Made by a program: the position numbers and the translations under genes
Shown: one piece after another, positions 1 to 9,957 of the stretch
Layout: every line of letters starts with the position of its first letter
Numbering within the stretch: the stretch's first letter is position 1
The notes under the pieces: model-generated
Told to the model about the DNA's origin: nothing
Database searches by the model: none
The model's input: only the letters and a program-made list of their open reading frames with translations
Assembly (NCBI RefSeq): GCF_000026545.1
Contig: NC_011601.1
DNA: 64,000 bases
Source: Escherichia coli O127:H6 str. E2348/69
Lineage (GTDB): Bacteria; Pseudomonadota; Gammaproteobacteria; Enterobacterales; Enterobacteriaceae
Reading direction: 5' to 3' (one strand)

Positions 1-631
1 AAGCCACACCAGAAACAACAGACCCCACCATGCCCCCCATCCAGGTTAACAGGCCATGAATGGTTACTTTCTCGGAAAAATCAGCCAGAGGGGCAACCAC
101 ATCAAGACCACCCGGAGCGACAATTTTAATTTTCCTGGTATCAGGATTAAGCTCAAAATAGGTGCTGCCATCGTCACTACGCAACTGTGTGGCACTGGTA
201 TTAATACCGCTAATCTTCCTCGCCTGCGACTGGGGGCCTACAATACAAAACGCATCCGATAAATCATGCATTCTGTCATCGACCGGTTCCTGTATTCCGC
301 CGCTCTGCCACCAGAAATCAATACAACGATCGGCAAAAACGACAAGACACTCATCCCCGGCTTTAATCGGAAACGTTAGCGTACATCCTCCGCCACGTGG
401 GAATACCACTGGAACATCCACCAGCAATGGGTAATTTTTGGTAATGCGGTTGCCGTCATTATCCTTTTCAACCGAACGGATAGCAGGCTGCACAACCGCC
501 GTCACCGCATCAGGATCGAATGACTGAATAATGCCAGGCAAGGCGACTCGGATCTGATTCTTTGTTGTTTCCCGTTCAGATTTGAATGTTTCGGCAAGGT
601 CGCCGCTGCGGGTCTGGTCAGATACTGCCAT
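1..631 (-). CDS. Baseplate spike/assembly protein (gpV / Mu gp45-like), C-terminus runs off window start
   Basis: Minus-strand frame open from ATG at 631-629 (GGAG RBS upstream) to position 1; hand translation MAVSDQTRSGDLAETF...VAPGGLDVVAPLADFSEKVTIHGLL resembles baseplate V-type proteins; not in ORF track because no stop in window. Confidence 0.45.
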   Translation of the reverse strand, partial: MAVSDQTRSGDLAETFKSERETTKNQIRVALPGIIQSFDPDAVTAVVQPAIRSVEKDNDGNRITKNYPLLVDVPVVFPRGGGCTLTFPIKAGDECLVVFADRCIDFWWQSGGIQEPVDDRMHDLSDAFCIVGPQSQARKISGINTSATQLRSDDGSTYFELNPDTRKIKIVAPGGLDVVAPLADFSEKVTIHGLLTWMGGMVGSVVSGVA

Positions 632-650
632 TTGGTAGGCTCCAGAAAGC

Positions 651-679
651 AAAAAACCCGCCGAATGGCGGGTTTTGTT
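651..679 (-). terminator. Rho-independent terminator (symmetric hairpin) closing the two-gene cargo operon
   Basis: GC hairpin cccgccgaatggcggg flanked by A-run on one side and T-run on the other; lies directly after stop of 696..1091. Confidence 0.65.
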
Positions 680-695
680 AATTCACTGAATGAGT

Positions 696-1091
696 TTAAA
701 CAGCTTCATCAGTCTTCATTTTTTCCCACTGAGAAAAAATAGTCTTAACCTCTAAGAGAGATTGCTGTGCCATTGCTTTATCTATTGCACAGCTAGTGAG
801 GTCATAATCTGCTTCATTTCGAGCCAGTCTCTGTTGCTCAAGTTTGTAAGCCATGGATTTTAGGCTTAATGGATCATATGGCTCCAGTTTGTTTTCACTC
901 TTATTTTTAAGATAAGAGATAAGACTGGAATGATGATCCTTCGTATAAGCAGGAAGACTGGTCAGATTCTCTTTTATTTCATGGTAAAGCGCATAATATG
1001 CCCGCGAAATAGTATTACGATAACCAACTTCAGAATCCTCCGCAAAGCAACGCTCCGCTGAAGATAAAAACTCAGAGCTAGTTATAGGCAT
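696..1091 (-). CDS. Hypothetical 131-aa protein with R-x6-H motif (possible HEPN-like fold); distal gene of cargo operon
   Basis: ORF track; start overlaps end of upstream gene (1078..1091); motif RAYYALYH at aa 30-37; region looks AT-rich by eye. Confidence 0.6.
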   Translation of the reverse strand: MPITSSEFLSSAERCFAEDSEVGYRNTISRAYYALYHEIKENLTSLPAYTKDHHSSLISYLKNKSENKLEPYDPLSLKSMAYKLEQQRLARNEADYDLTSCAIDKAMAQQSLLEVKTIFSQWEKMKTDEAV

Positions 1092-1848
1092 ATTTACACC
1101 CTTTCAAGCTATTTCTTTCAACGGAAAAACGTGCAATAAGATTGCAATCATCAAGTAAATCGATTGAACAAATTTCATCTGCAAGTCGCATATTCATTGC
1201 AACCACCTGTTCAGGGGATGCATTAACTACCTCAACCAGATAAGTCCCACCAGATGCACCGTTGATGTCAGCACGATATTCAGTTGGAGGGAATTCAGCC
1301 ATGACTCTATGAACAGCAAGAGCAACTTGCATGTATTGTTCTGAAGAGCATCCTGACTTTTTGTATGCTTCATCCATATCGTGAATTACCTCCTGCAAGA
1401 AGGCTTCTGCGTCATCCCTATGTTCTTCTTGGGATAACATTTTGCAATGACGTCCAAAATATTCTACGCATTTTGATAGTTTCCCTACCAAATACGCAAC
1501 GCCACCAGCCCTATAAGTAAACCACTTGGTTGGATACTTATCAGCTAAAGAATAGATGTAGTAGTCCGATTTTTCGAGTAGAGAAAAACGCTCAAGCAGC
1601 TTACAAAAAATCCGCGCAAAGTTAACATCAGCATGTGGGAGGATAGCTTCAAGCATTTCAATCCCGACACTCACATCACCTTTAGCAATATGAGCCAAAG
1701 CTACAAGCGTGTCAGCAGGCGGAGTACGCTTAGAGCCATACTCCGAGACCACCTGTCGAAAGGTCCAAATATCAAGAGGTTGACCGCTATTGATTATCTT
1801 AACCAACTGGTCAAAACGCTCTTCCGCTTTCAGTTTTGGTCTTGCCAC
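1078..1848 (-). CDS. Hypothetical 256-aa protein, proximal gene of cargo operon
   Basis: ORF track; no recognisable family; coupled to downstream 131-aa gene; flanked by terminator-like hairpins. Confidence 0.6.
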   Translation of the reverse strand: MARPKLKAEERFDQLVKIINSGQPLDIWTFRQVVSEYGSKRTPPADTLVALAHIAKGDVSVGIEMLEAILPHADVNFARIFCKLLERFSLLEKSDYYIYSLADKYPTKWFTYRAGGVAYLVGKLSKCVEYFGRHCKMLSQEEHRDDAEAFLQEVIHDMDEAYKKSGCSSEQYMQVALAVHRVMAEFPPTEYRADINGASGGTYLVEVVNASPEQVVAMNMRLADEICSIDLLDDCNLIARFSVERNSLKGCKYAYN

Positions 1849-1936
1849 AGTACGCTCGCTACTTATCTTTTGGTTGAATTTTATGTTCGCGTATACAGTT
1901 TAGTCAATCCGAAGCTCGTGCTGTTGAGCCGTTTCG

Positions 1937-1963
1937 CACAAAATCATCCTTGCAAAAAGGATG
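1937..1963 (-). terminator. Putative rho-independent terminator after the signal-peptide gene
   Basis: Inverted repeat catcctt/aaggatg followed on minus strand by ATTTTGTG. Confidence 0.4.
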
Positions 1964-1968
1964 GGACT

Positions 1969-2310
1969 TCAACCATCAACCTTTTTACACGGGAAAGAGC
2001 CGATGATTTTCGGTGCATCCATGCTGTTCTGCAGAAGCTGGACGTTCAGGAAACGCGTTTCGGTGCCAGGGCGACGAATGTATTCAAAGCCGTAGTTGTT
2101 ACCGTCTTTGGCAGGCATAAGCCCCATATCAATCTTAATGCCATCAGCACCAAGATTTGTAATTTTCTGAGATGTGACGCGTTCACCGTTAATCATGTCC
2201 ATTTCCCCCAACCTTGCAGTGATGGTGTAAGGTCCACAATAAGCGGTGTAACCGCTTGCAGATGCCCCAAATGACATAAAGGCAACAATTAAAATGGCTA
2301 AGGCTTTCAC
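1969..2310 (-). CDS. Secreted/periplasmic hypothetical protein (signal peptide), GTG start
   Basis: ORF track; N-terminus MKALAILIVAFMSFGASA is a typical Sec signal peptide; start codon is GTG 2 nt after stop of 2313..3374. Confidence 0.55.
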   Translation of the reverse strand: MKALAILIVAFMSFGASASGYTAYCGPYTITARLGEMDMINGERVTSQKITNLGADGIKIDMGLMPAKDGNNYGFEYIRRPGTETRFLNVQLLQNSMDAPKIIGSFPCKKVDG

Positions 2311-2312
2311 AT

Positions 2313-3374
2313 TTACCCCCGGTTAAGCGAGTCCTGAGTGCGGAGATCCGCCGCGCCACGCGCTTCGCACATCATATCCATGTACCACGCCAGGCCCCTT
2401 GTATCGCCAGTGTACATAATCCCGCGCACAATATAAACGCCATCCGTTGCGATGCTGGCAGGCTGCGATGTGGTGCCGCTTAGCGTGATATTTCCATCCG
2501 TGTTCTGGTCGGTGATCTGACCACCAGCCATCGCAATATCGTTGTTCGACAAGGCGGTACGATACACGGAAGCCTGATCCAGCTGAATGAGTCCGTTAAC
2601 CCGGATGTTCGGATTAATAAGCGCGCGGACGTTTACGCCGTTACCGATAGTCTGCTGCGGCATGCCAATAAGCCCGGTAGCGCTGTTGAGCACAATCGCT
2701 TCATGAACATATTCGTTATTCGCCACCATCTGGCGTTGACCGTCCACGAATTGCCATGTTGCGCCACATTGTCCGGCCACGTTATCCATAAGATGCCGTG
2801 TCATGCCGAACAGCACCCGCCCTCGAGGGAATACGGTAGCAGGCATTTCAGGCGTCAGGCCTTCGGTCGCGCCTTTGGCTTCGAAGTCTTTCATCAGCGC
2901 ACGGTTCACATCAGCGACCGTGTAACCGGCAGCCAGCGTCTGTGAGGTTATACTGGTGGCAAAAGCCAGATCAGTATCTGCTGCCTGAATCAGGACGTAG
3001 GTATCAACCGGACTGTCTTTTCCTGTGACCGAGTAGCGAATTTCACCGCTGAAAATCAGTCCGTAGTTGCGGCCATCTCTCTGGCCCACGTCCGCCGCGT
3101 CAACTTCCCGCACGGTCCCTACGTCGCTTGCTGACACCTCTGGCGCGACACCGTCGTAACCGGCAATCAGACGCACTTTCGAAAATTCCTGCCCGGTGAT
3201 TCGGTTCACAGTATCTGCCGAGAGGTTATAAATTTTGATAGTCCCTACCCGGGACGCGCTGCTGATGTTGAACCAGTCGATCGTAAAGGTGACTTTGAAA
3301 TCACTTAGCTCAATTCCCTGACCGTTCCCGTCCACAAGCTGCAGCTCGAAATGTCTCATCCAGTTCTGTGACAT
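2313..3374 (-). CDS. Tail/baseplate protein (putative baseplate hub)
   Basis: ORF track; position between tape-measure-proximal genes and gpV-like gene in a Mu/SfV-like tail cluster. Confidence 0.45.
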   Translation of the reverse strand: MSQNWMRHFELQLVDGNGQGIELSDFKVTFTIDWFNISSASRVGTIKIYNLSADTVNRITGQEFSKVRLIAGYDGVAPEVSASDVGTVREVDAADVGQRDGRNYGLIFSGEIRYSVTGKDSPVDTYVLIQAADTDLAFATSITSQTLAAGYTVADVNRALMKDFEAKGATEGLTPEMPATVFPRGRVLFGMTRHLMDNVAGQCGATWQFVDGQRQMVANNEYVHEAIVLNSATGLIGMPQQTIGNGVNVRALINPNIRVNGLIQLDQASVYRTALSNNDIAMAGGQITDQNTDGNITLSGTTSQPASIATDGVYIVRGIMYTGDTRGLAWYMDMMCEARGAADLRTQDSLNRG

Positions 3375-3376
3375 GC

Positions 3377-3679
3377 TTACTCCGTTGATACCAGTAAATG
3401 ACTGAGGCCGCCCAGATCAGTTTTCGTGGGATAATCCTGTGTGTTGTCATCGCAGACCACCACCAGCTTAAAACCAAGTCCCATACAGGCGTACTGCGCC
3501 AGCAGATCAGCGCCAGTGACGAGAGGAATACCGGAGATTACCGGCTCCCCTCTGTCGTTCTGCAGGTCCATAATCCAGTAAGGATCGCGCCATATGATGC
3601 TAATCCGCCAGGTGACACCACCCAGGACGATGCTGAACTGCTGGTTGTCCGCTGTCAGCGGAATTTCCTGAATTGTCAT
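3377..3679 (-). CDS. Tail protein (hypothetical)
   Basis: ORF track; tightly packed in tail cluster. Confidence 0.4.
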   Translation of the reverse strand: MTIQEIPLTADNQQFSIVLGGVTWRISIIWRDPYWIMDLQNDRGEPVISGIPLVTGADLLAQYACMGLGFKLVVVCDDNTQDYPTKTDLGGLSHLLVSTE

Positions 3680-4266
3680 TAGCCGCCTCCCAGTAATGAC
3701 GCCACGTTACCAGTGATGCTTTTCAGCAGTGAAGTATCTGGAGGCTTTGTGGTTTTGTTGCCGCTGTTCTGTACCGCCGACGTGCTGGCCCCTTCCTTCA
3801 TGTTGGTTTTATCCGCGACGGTAATCTGCTGTGTCCGGGAGATAAGGACCTCCCTCAGGGTGAGGACGGCGGACAGGACGTTTTCGGTTGTCTTGTCCGT
3901 CGTCACTTCCAGCGCCCGGATCAACATGTTGCTGTACAGTCGTTTACCGGTTACCACATCGAAGGGGATACGGCTTTCCTGCAGATCCAGTAGCTCCTGA
4001 TACGTCTGCTGAGGACTCAGGCCGAGCAGGCTGGTAGCCGTCAGATTACTGGCAAAATCCAGCAATGCGCCGCCACCGGCGAAACCAACCTCCATCACCA
4101 CTTCTGACGGTTTTTTATAGGCATGATCAGCGACAGCGGCCCCGACCTCTACCGGATGCTCTGTTATTTCAAGCATATCTGTATGCTTCTCTGAAATAAC
4201 AACACTGGGAACAATCATTCCTATTTTTCTGCTCTGCTGATGAAAAAGTGTAGAGAGAATATCCAC
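3679..4266 (-). CDS. Tail protein (hypothetical; immediately after tape measure)
   Basis: ORF track; start overlaps tape measure stop. Confidence 0.45.
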   Translation of the reverse strand: MDILSTLFHQQSRKIGMIVPSVVISEKHTDMLEITEHPVEVGAAVADHAYKKPSEVVMEVGFAGGGALLDFASNLTATSLLGLSPQQTYQELLDLQESRIPFDVVTGKRLYSNMLIRALEVTTDKTTENVLSAVLTLREVLISRTQQITVADKTNMKEGASTSAVQNSGNKTTKPPDTSLLKSITGNVASLLGGG

Positions 4267-6254
4267 TAACCCACCCTCACCTGATTACTTCGCATGACCT
4301 GAGCATTTGCAGACTGTTGCCGACGTGCAACCTCATTACCGACAGCGTGCGGATCTCCGCCACCGTAAATGTGGTAAGTATTTTGCTGGTTAACCTCTGT
4401 CATTTTGCCACTAATTCCCGTCACGGCAGCCTTATTAATCAGCTCTCGAGAATAGATATTTCTTCCATTTTCATGCTGGATAATGCTGCTCATCAATGCT
4501 GACATGGTTTGCGGATCGCTCATATTCAGGGCAGCCCGGGGATCCACTCCCAGTCGTTGCGATACAGCCCTGATATACGCAGTTGTGTTGTTATTATCAG
4601 ACGCAGGTGCCCAGGTAGAGATAATTTTCTCCACGCTGTTTATTCCACGTCCGGCGTACAACATTAACTGACGAGCAAGAGCCCGTAATCCATCAAAAGC
4701 AGTTTCAAATCTGGCAAATCGCCCGCCCGGGCGTTCAAGAGAAGCCCCTGCCTGACCAGCAAAATTAAGGTTTCCCGGATTGTTATTCCGTTCTCCTCGT
4801 TTCGTAGCCTGTGCATATTGTTCCGGCTCATCATCACCAAACCAGCCGCGTACCGTCCGGCCCACACTGCGGGGATCGAATCCCCAGTGCTCTTTAATCC
4901 AGTCGGCAGTACTGTTAGCGCTGTCTGTAACCATCGGCATCGCTGACGGATTTTCGCTGCCCTGATTAAGTATCTGTTTGCCGATGCTGACGGCATCAGC
5001 CCAGCGGCCATCTTTGATAGCGTTGAGCAGGTCGGCGATCATGTTCAGCATTTTGCTGAATTCGCCCATCTGGTCGATGAAGTTGCTGAAATCCCACTTC
5101 AGGGACCATGATTTGGGGTCAATATTGAGCAGTTTCGCCAGCGCTTTCACCAGTTCATTAACAGACCCTTTCAGGTCACGAACCATCTTCAGCGCGGCAT
5201 CGACCTCCGGCTTCCACTTGCCCCAGTCAATCAGGCTGTCGCCGCCTTCCTTCCAGGTCTGATAGTCCTCCCACAGAAGGGCAATCCCCGCCGCCAGCGC
5301 GGTAATGAGGCCAATCGGCGACATCCAGAACGTACTGTTCAGAATGCGCAGCGCAATCGTCAGCGCGCCAAACAGCGAGATGAGCTCCCGCGTTTGCTTA
5401 TCCAGCGATTGCCACCAGGTGATAAGGCTGGATGTTCCCTCAATTAGCCTGAAGAACAGCCGCCCGATGATGTCTCCGAGCGCCAGAATGCCTTTTATGG
5501 CTTTCGTCAGGGTCTGCTCGATGCGCGGGAAGTTATCGAGGATGTGGCGGCGCAGTGTGTCCAGCGAACCCGCCAGACCACCAGCAAGATTAGAGCCGAT
5601 TTTGTCACGGGCCATGCCTGCCATCGCGCCGAACTCGCGCAGGGAGGTCATGAATTTGTTGGAGCTTCTGGCCGCCTCGTCAGTATTGAAGCCGATAGCT
5701 TTCGCCATTGCGCTGTACTGCCCGGAGAAATCACCCACACCCCGGCGCATCGCCATGAGGGTATTTTCGTCAATACCCAGCATCTGCGCATACTGGTTAG
5801 CCCGGTAATACGGCATGCTGCTGAGCTTCTGTCCGACACCCGTAAAAATAGCGGCCATGTCGCGCATGTTGCCGCTGGCGTCACGGGTCTGTACGCCCAG
5901 GCGATTCAGAAAGCCTTCTGCACCGGGATTGTTACGAATAAACCGGGAGAGGCTTTCCAGAGAAGATCGCGCAGCGTCCACGCTGCCGCCAACCTGCGAA
6001 ACCGCATAGCCAATAGACTGAATCCCCTGAACCGTCGCGCCGGTGCGCTGTGACGCCCAGTAGAGATTATCCAGACCGGAGGCGATCTTGGCCGTGAAGG
6101 CCACCACGGACAGCGCAGCTCCTTCAACAGCCAGCCCCATTTTGATGACATTTGCAGTTGTACCGGCGAGGACAGAACCGAATTTTTTCGCGCCTGCATC
6201 ATCCACACTGAAGCCAAGCGAGACAAGGAAATCTTTAATAGTTTCAGCGTTCAT
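4266..6254 (-). CDS. Tail tape measure protein
   Basis: Largest gene in tail cluster, Gly/Ala-rich with predicted helices; ORF track gives 4266..6275 from TTG, ATG with GGAGAG RBS at 6254 preferred. Confidence 0.65.
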   Translation of the reverse strand: MNAETIKDFLVSLGFSVDDAGAKKFGSVLAGTTANVIKMGLAVEGAALSVVAFTAKIASGLDNLYWASQRTGATVQGIQSIGYAVSQVGGSVDAARSSLESLSRFIRNNPGAEGFLNRLGVQTRDASGNMRDMAAIFTGVGQKLSSMPYYRANQYAQMLGIDENTLMAMRRGVGDFSGQYSAMAKAIGFNTDEAARSSNKFMTSLREFGAMAGMARDKIGSNLAGGLAGSLDTLRRHILDNFPRIEQTLTKAIKGILALGDIIGRLFFRLIEGTSSLITWWQSLDKQTRELISLFGALTIALRILNSTFWMSPIGLITALAAGIALLWEDYQTWKEGGDSLIDWGKWKPEVDAALKMVRDLKGSVNELVKALAKLLNIDPKSWSLKWDFSNFIDQMGEFSKMLNMIADLLNAIKDGRWADAVSIGKQILNQGSENPSAMPMVTDSANSTADWIKEHWGFDPRSVGRTVRGWFGDDEPEQYAQATKRGERNNNPGNLNFAGQAGASLERPGGRFARFETAFDGLRALARQLMLYAGRGINSVEKIISTWAPASDNNNTTAYIRAVSQRLGVDPRAALNMSDPQTMSALMSSIIQHENGRNIYSRELINKAAVTGISGKMTEVNQQNTYHIYGGGDPHAVGNEVARRQQSANAQVMRSNQVRVG

Positions 6255-6431
6255 TATCCTCTCTCCATTTCTCAATGCGCCGCTGGTTATCCGCTTTTAC
6301 CGCCAGATGGTCATTCAAGAGAGCAATGTCATACAAATCGACAGAGCCATCTTTAAGTGCTGTATAAGGAATTAACCCGGCGTCAACCGGATTGAGAAGG
6401 TAGGACAGCCCGTCCGGCAGGCTGTTAAACG

Positions 6432-6884
6432 TCAGCCCTGTTGCAGGCTCTGCGTCGTGCTGGTAAGGGGTGTAGGCAAAAAATTTCCCAGCGAATCGGC
6501 GACCACCCGCGCCACCAGCTGCAGCATGGTTAGCAGGTCGATATCATCGAACATCAGCTGACCGCTGTTGAATACCGGCGTCCATCCGTCCATGTGCTTA
6601 CGTGACACTACGGCCAGGCAAGGATGAATAATCGCGTTGGTATCTTCTTCAGTCAGGGAAGACAGTTCCTCAGCGATACGCGGGAGCATGGCTTCAAACA
6701 CCGGTTTTAACTGCTCGAATTTCACGGTGTCGATTTTGCCGTCGGCAGGCAAACGGGAGCGAATGCTCCCGAAATCTGACATCATTCCTGCCAGCACCGG
6801 CAGAAGTTTGCGGGTCACTTTCAGCTGATCAAAAACGCTGAGTTTTGCCGCGCGATATTTCACGCCTTTGATTTCGAATTCCAT
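6432..6884 (-). CDS. Tail assembly chaperone (putative)
   Basis: Position between tube gene and tape measure. Confidence 0.4.
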   Translation of the reverse strand: MEFEIKGVKYRAAKLSVFDQLKVTRKLLPVLAGMMSDFGSIRSRLPADGKIDTVKFEQLKPVFEAMLPRIAEELSSLTEEDTNAIIHPCLAVVSRKHMDGWTPVFNSGQLMFDDIDLLTMLQLVARVVADSLGNFLPTPLTSTTQSLQQG

Positions 6885-6887
6885 GTA

Positions 6888-7328
6888 TTAAAACTCCCCG
6901 AGAACCTGGTCAATCTTGCCGCAGTCAAACACCCACGGCATCGTATTACCGGCCTTAGCGTTGGCGTTATCCGGCTGTTTCTGGAACGCCACGCTGCGCG
7001 CCGTGATGATGTCTCCGCTCACCTTGTTTCGGATCACAATGACGTTGTTCCCCCAGGTGCCTGAGGACTGACTCTGCGCGTTGTACGCCAGCGACAGCTT
7101 TTTGTTTGTCGGCGAGGTTTTCAGCAGGTTGACGGTTACCGTGCCGCTTTTGTCCGCGTGCAGGCTGTGCATCACTTCGCCGTCAGCACCGATGGTCATG
7201 GTGTTTTTGGGACCGCCCATTGCAACAGTGATCCCCTCCTCTGAACTGGCGGAACCGTAGCCAAGATCAATCTCGCCGGTCGGGCCGGAGAGGGACGCCG
7301 TAACGTCCATAAAAGAATAAGTAGCCAT
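6888..7328 (-). CDS. Tail tube protein (putative)
   Basis: ORF track; small protein directly after sheath-sized gene. Confidence 0.5.
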   Translation of the reverse strand: MATYSFMDVTASLSGPTGEIDLGYGSASSEEGITVAMGGPKNTMTIGADGEVMHSLHADKSGTVTVNLLKTSPTNKKLSLAYNAQSQSSGTWGNNVIVIRNKVSGDIITARSVAFQKQPDNANAKAGNTMPWVFDCGKIDQVLGEF

Positions 7329-7339
7329 TCATGTTCTCC

Positions 7340-8485
7340 TTAGCGAACGACGTTGATCTGCACATCGGCATAATGAACTGCGCCAGCCAGCTTACAGGCC
7401 ACCTGAATTAACGGTGCTTTGCGAGCTTCTCGGTCGGCCTGCGCCTGTTCGGACAGAGGTTGCGCATACACGTAATAACCTTTGGTCAGCGTATCGCCGG
7501 AATTCAGCTGTCCGATAGGGCCACCATTCCACACGCCAGCCGCTACCAGACCGTTCGTGACGGACTGATCCATGGACTGTTCAACGTTGGAAAGCAGACG
7601 GGTCACACCGGCATCAGTCTGCGGAATTTTGGTGGTGCTGGTGTAAAGCAGGTTATAGAGGTTGGTCTGCACATAATTCTGTAACCAGTCCAGGCCGTGG
7701 CGTTCATCAAAGAAATCGCCGTTAGCCATCACTCCCTGCTGGAGGATAGCCGTATCATTCTGGTAGTACACGAACACATTGCAGTTTTTTGCGTCAAGTG
7801 CCGATGCCTGGCTGACTGTCAGTGTTTCATACCCGACACCCGGCTCCTGCTTAAACTTGAGCGTAATCGCGGTATTACTGCCATTGAAATTAACCGTGAA
7901 TGCCCGGCCAAATGCAGATAACGCAGCGTATTTATTACCCGATGAATACTGAATAAAACTGCGTGAATATCCGGCGGTTTTCAGTTTTGATGCCAAATCA
8001 TCTCTGGATGCAGTCTGCAGGCATTTCTCATCGCTTGTCGTAATCGCCAGAATACGGCTTACAGAAGAGGATTCGATCGCCGCAGCCACTTTCAGCCAGT
8101 CTGCATCCGGAATATCTGCATCGTCTGCAATCCCCAGCCCATACCATGAAGTATAATCAAGCATGGCATTCACAGCCTGCTCCAGCGTCTCAGGCGTGGC
8201 CTGTTCGCTGTCTCCCTTCGTTTTCACCCAACGACCAACAAAAACCTCCTGAGGTTTCGGTGATTGAGAGAAAAACACCTGCGCAGCCTTATATTCTGGT
8301 GATTCCACGCCAAAATCTTTTCCAATATCTTCCGCGGCAGAATAACGGCGAATGCGCTCACTTACCGGAATGATTGTGGACGGGCCGAGAATGAGTAATG
8401 CACCAAAATTTCGCCCTGATGCTGCACGCGGCGACATGATCACATCAACATTAACAACGTTTGATACAGGCAAGCCCTGTGCCAT
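7340..8485 (-). CDS. Contractile tail sheath protein (putative)
   Basis: ORF track; size and position typical of sheath in Mu/SfV-like myovirus tail modules. Confidence 0.5.
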   Translation of the reverse strand: MAQGLPVSNVVNVDVIMSPRAASGRNFGALLILGPSTIIPVSERIRRYSAAEDIGKDFGVESPEYKAAQVFFSQSPKPQEVFVGRWVKTKGDSEQATPETLEQAVNAMLDYTSWYGLGIADDADIPDADWLKVAAAIESSSVSRILAITTSDEKCLQTASRDDLASKLKTAGYSRSFIQYSSGNKYAALSAFGRAFTVNFNGSNTAITLKFKQEPGVGYETLTVSQASALDAKNCNVFVYYQNDTAILQQGVMANGDFFDERHGLDWLQNYVQTNLYNLLYTSTTKIPQTDAGVTRLLSNVEQSMDQSVTNGLVAAGVWNGGPIGQLNSGDTLTKGYYVYAQPLSEQAQADREARKAPLIQVACKLAGAVHYADVQINVVR

Positions 8486-8488
8486 AGC

Positions 8489-9055
8489 TTAATCTCCGAA
8501 AAAGATGACTGGTGCTTCCACCAGCGATTTAATACCGTACTCGCGCACAACCTTCCGGCGCAGACGCACCGTCATATCGTAGCGGCGGACCCATTGCTGA
8601 TTAATAAGTTCAGGGAAGGGAGTCAGACCTGTGTAATCGCCAAGAGACAGCCCCAGCGCATTCAGTGCTGCATTGTTCTGCGGCACAGATATACCGTCAC
8701 GAAACCGGGACGCATACACCATCCCCGCCGGTCCATAAAACGAAGCCATACACTCAATCGTTTCATGCCGCCAGAGCTGAGAGCCATTATCGGTCTGTCT
8801 GGTGAATGCCGGACTGTCATCACCTGACCATCCGATAACCCCAAACGCACACCAGTTCGTTTCAACCGGTAGCAGTGGCGGCTGCTCTTTCTGCCAGCGC
8901 GGGCGAACCATCCCGGCAGACAGGCCGGAAACGTTACGCATCCACTGGCTTAACAGCCTGTCGAGCGCTTCGTCATAATCCGGATCGCCACTGGTTGGTA
9001 TTAACCATCCGCGCTCTGTACTGGTGTTATTGCTCAATCGGAGTTCCCCCATCAA
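8489..9055 (-). CDS. Virion neck/tail completion protein (putative)
   Basis: ORF track; between head genes and sheath. Confidence 0.4.
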   Translation of the reverse strand: MMGELRLSNNTSTERGWLIPTSGDPDYDEALDRLLSQWMRNVSGLSAGMVRPRWQKEQPPLLPVETNWCAFGVIGWSGDDSPAFTRQTDNGSQLWRHETIECMASFYGPAGMVYASRFRDGISVPQNNAALNALGLSLGDYTGLTPFPELINQQWVRRYDMTVRLRRKVVREYGIKSLVEAPVIFFGD

Positions 9056-9416
9056 ACGGCATCAACTCACAATGCGCCTGAACGAATCCGGCCCCATAAG
9101 CTGTATACGGGTCGACGAAGGTCACACGATAATCACGACCCTGATACGTCACGATATCGGCATCACGGCCAGTCTGTCCCTGCGTCAGTCGCTCAGTCGT
9201 CACAATCAGAATTGCACCGCTGATTACCTGCCCTGCCTGCATACGGCGGTTTTCCAGAGAGCGATCAACAGTTACGACTCCGGCAAACTGCTTTTTAACT
9301 TCACTGTCGCTGCCGATCCCGTCCTCATCAACCGTTTGCACTCGGCGTGTTACCCACAAATTGAAGTCGCAAAAATCGGGGTCAAAAAGCACATCTGTTA
9401 CATCAAGAGTCGGCAT
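9027..9416 (-). CDS. Head-tail joining protein (putative)
   Basis: ORF track; synteny. Confidence 0.4.
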   Translation of the reverse strand: MPTLDVTDVLFDPDFCDFNLWVTRRVQTVDEDGIGSDSEVKKQFAGVVTVDRSLENRRMQAGQVISGAILIVTTERLTQGQTGRDADIVTYQGRDYRVTFVDPYTAYGAGFVQAHCELMPFDGGTPIEQ

Positions 9417-9957
9417 CTTTATCCCTCACTACATGGGTAATCGCTCTGCGATATTGCCCGGTGTCAATTAATGGTTTCGCCAGTTCGGTTCCCGGGGATT
9501 CGCCAGCAGCACGCCGGGTAAGTTCCAGTGTTGCCCCCTTGCGCCCCCGACGAGCCCGGGCTTCAACAGTACTGTCAGCAAGCGGCGTAAAGCCGGTAAT
9601 GGTCATGTAACGCCTGACGCCATTAGCGGCCAGCGTTCCGGCACGGTTGAGCGCTCTTTCCGCACCCGCCGCATTACCATCAAGCGCAGCCTGCGCCGCT
9701 GCTTTGAGCTGCGGCACTGTCTGTTCTTCTACCGATTTAACGCCGGGGACCAGGTGAGGTCGTGGCGGGATGTTTTGCGCCGGTGAGCCGTATTCGTTGA
9801 GGTAACCGATGCCCGCATTACCAAACGGAACATCATCCCGCTCGCTGTCTTCCGAAGGGATGCCGACCAGCACATCTTTTTTGGTTAACGACCTGAGCGC
9901 ATCCAGAATGGCCTGAGCGTTATCCACCCTCGTTGTTACACCGCTTTTGAAACTCAT
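9403..9957 (-). CDS. Head-tail connector/adaptor protein (putative)
   Basis: ORF track; synteny. Confidence 0.4.
   Translation of the reverse strand: MSFKSGVTTRVDNAQAILDALRSLTKKDVLVGIPSEDSERDDVPFGNAGIGYLNEYGSPAQNIPPRPHLVPGVKSVEEQTVPQLKAAAQAALDGNAAGAERALNRAGTLAANGVRRYMTITGFTPLADSTVEARARRGRKGATLELTRRAAGESPGTELAKPLIDTGQYRRAITHVVRDKDADS

Noticed and set aside
56-434. Plus-strand ORFs 56..262 and 162..434
   Set aside because: They overlap the minus-strand gpV-like frame, which has an RBS, a recognisable product and synteny; the plus-strand frames have no support.
4317-6375. Multiple plus- and minus-frame ORFs inside the tape measure gene (e.g. 5305..5808, 5544..6053, 5906..6226, 6088..6375)
   Set aside because: All are embedded in or antisense to a long GC-rich structural gene; typical spurious frames.
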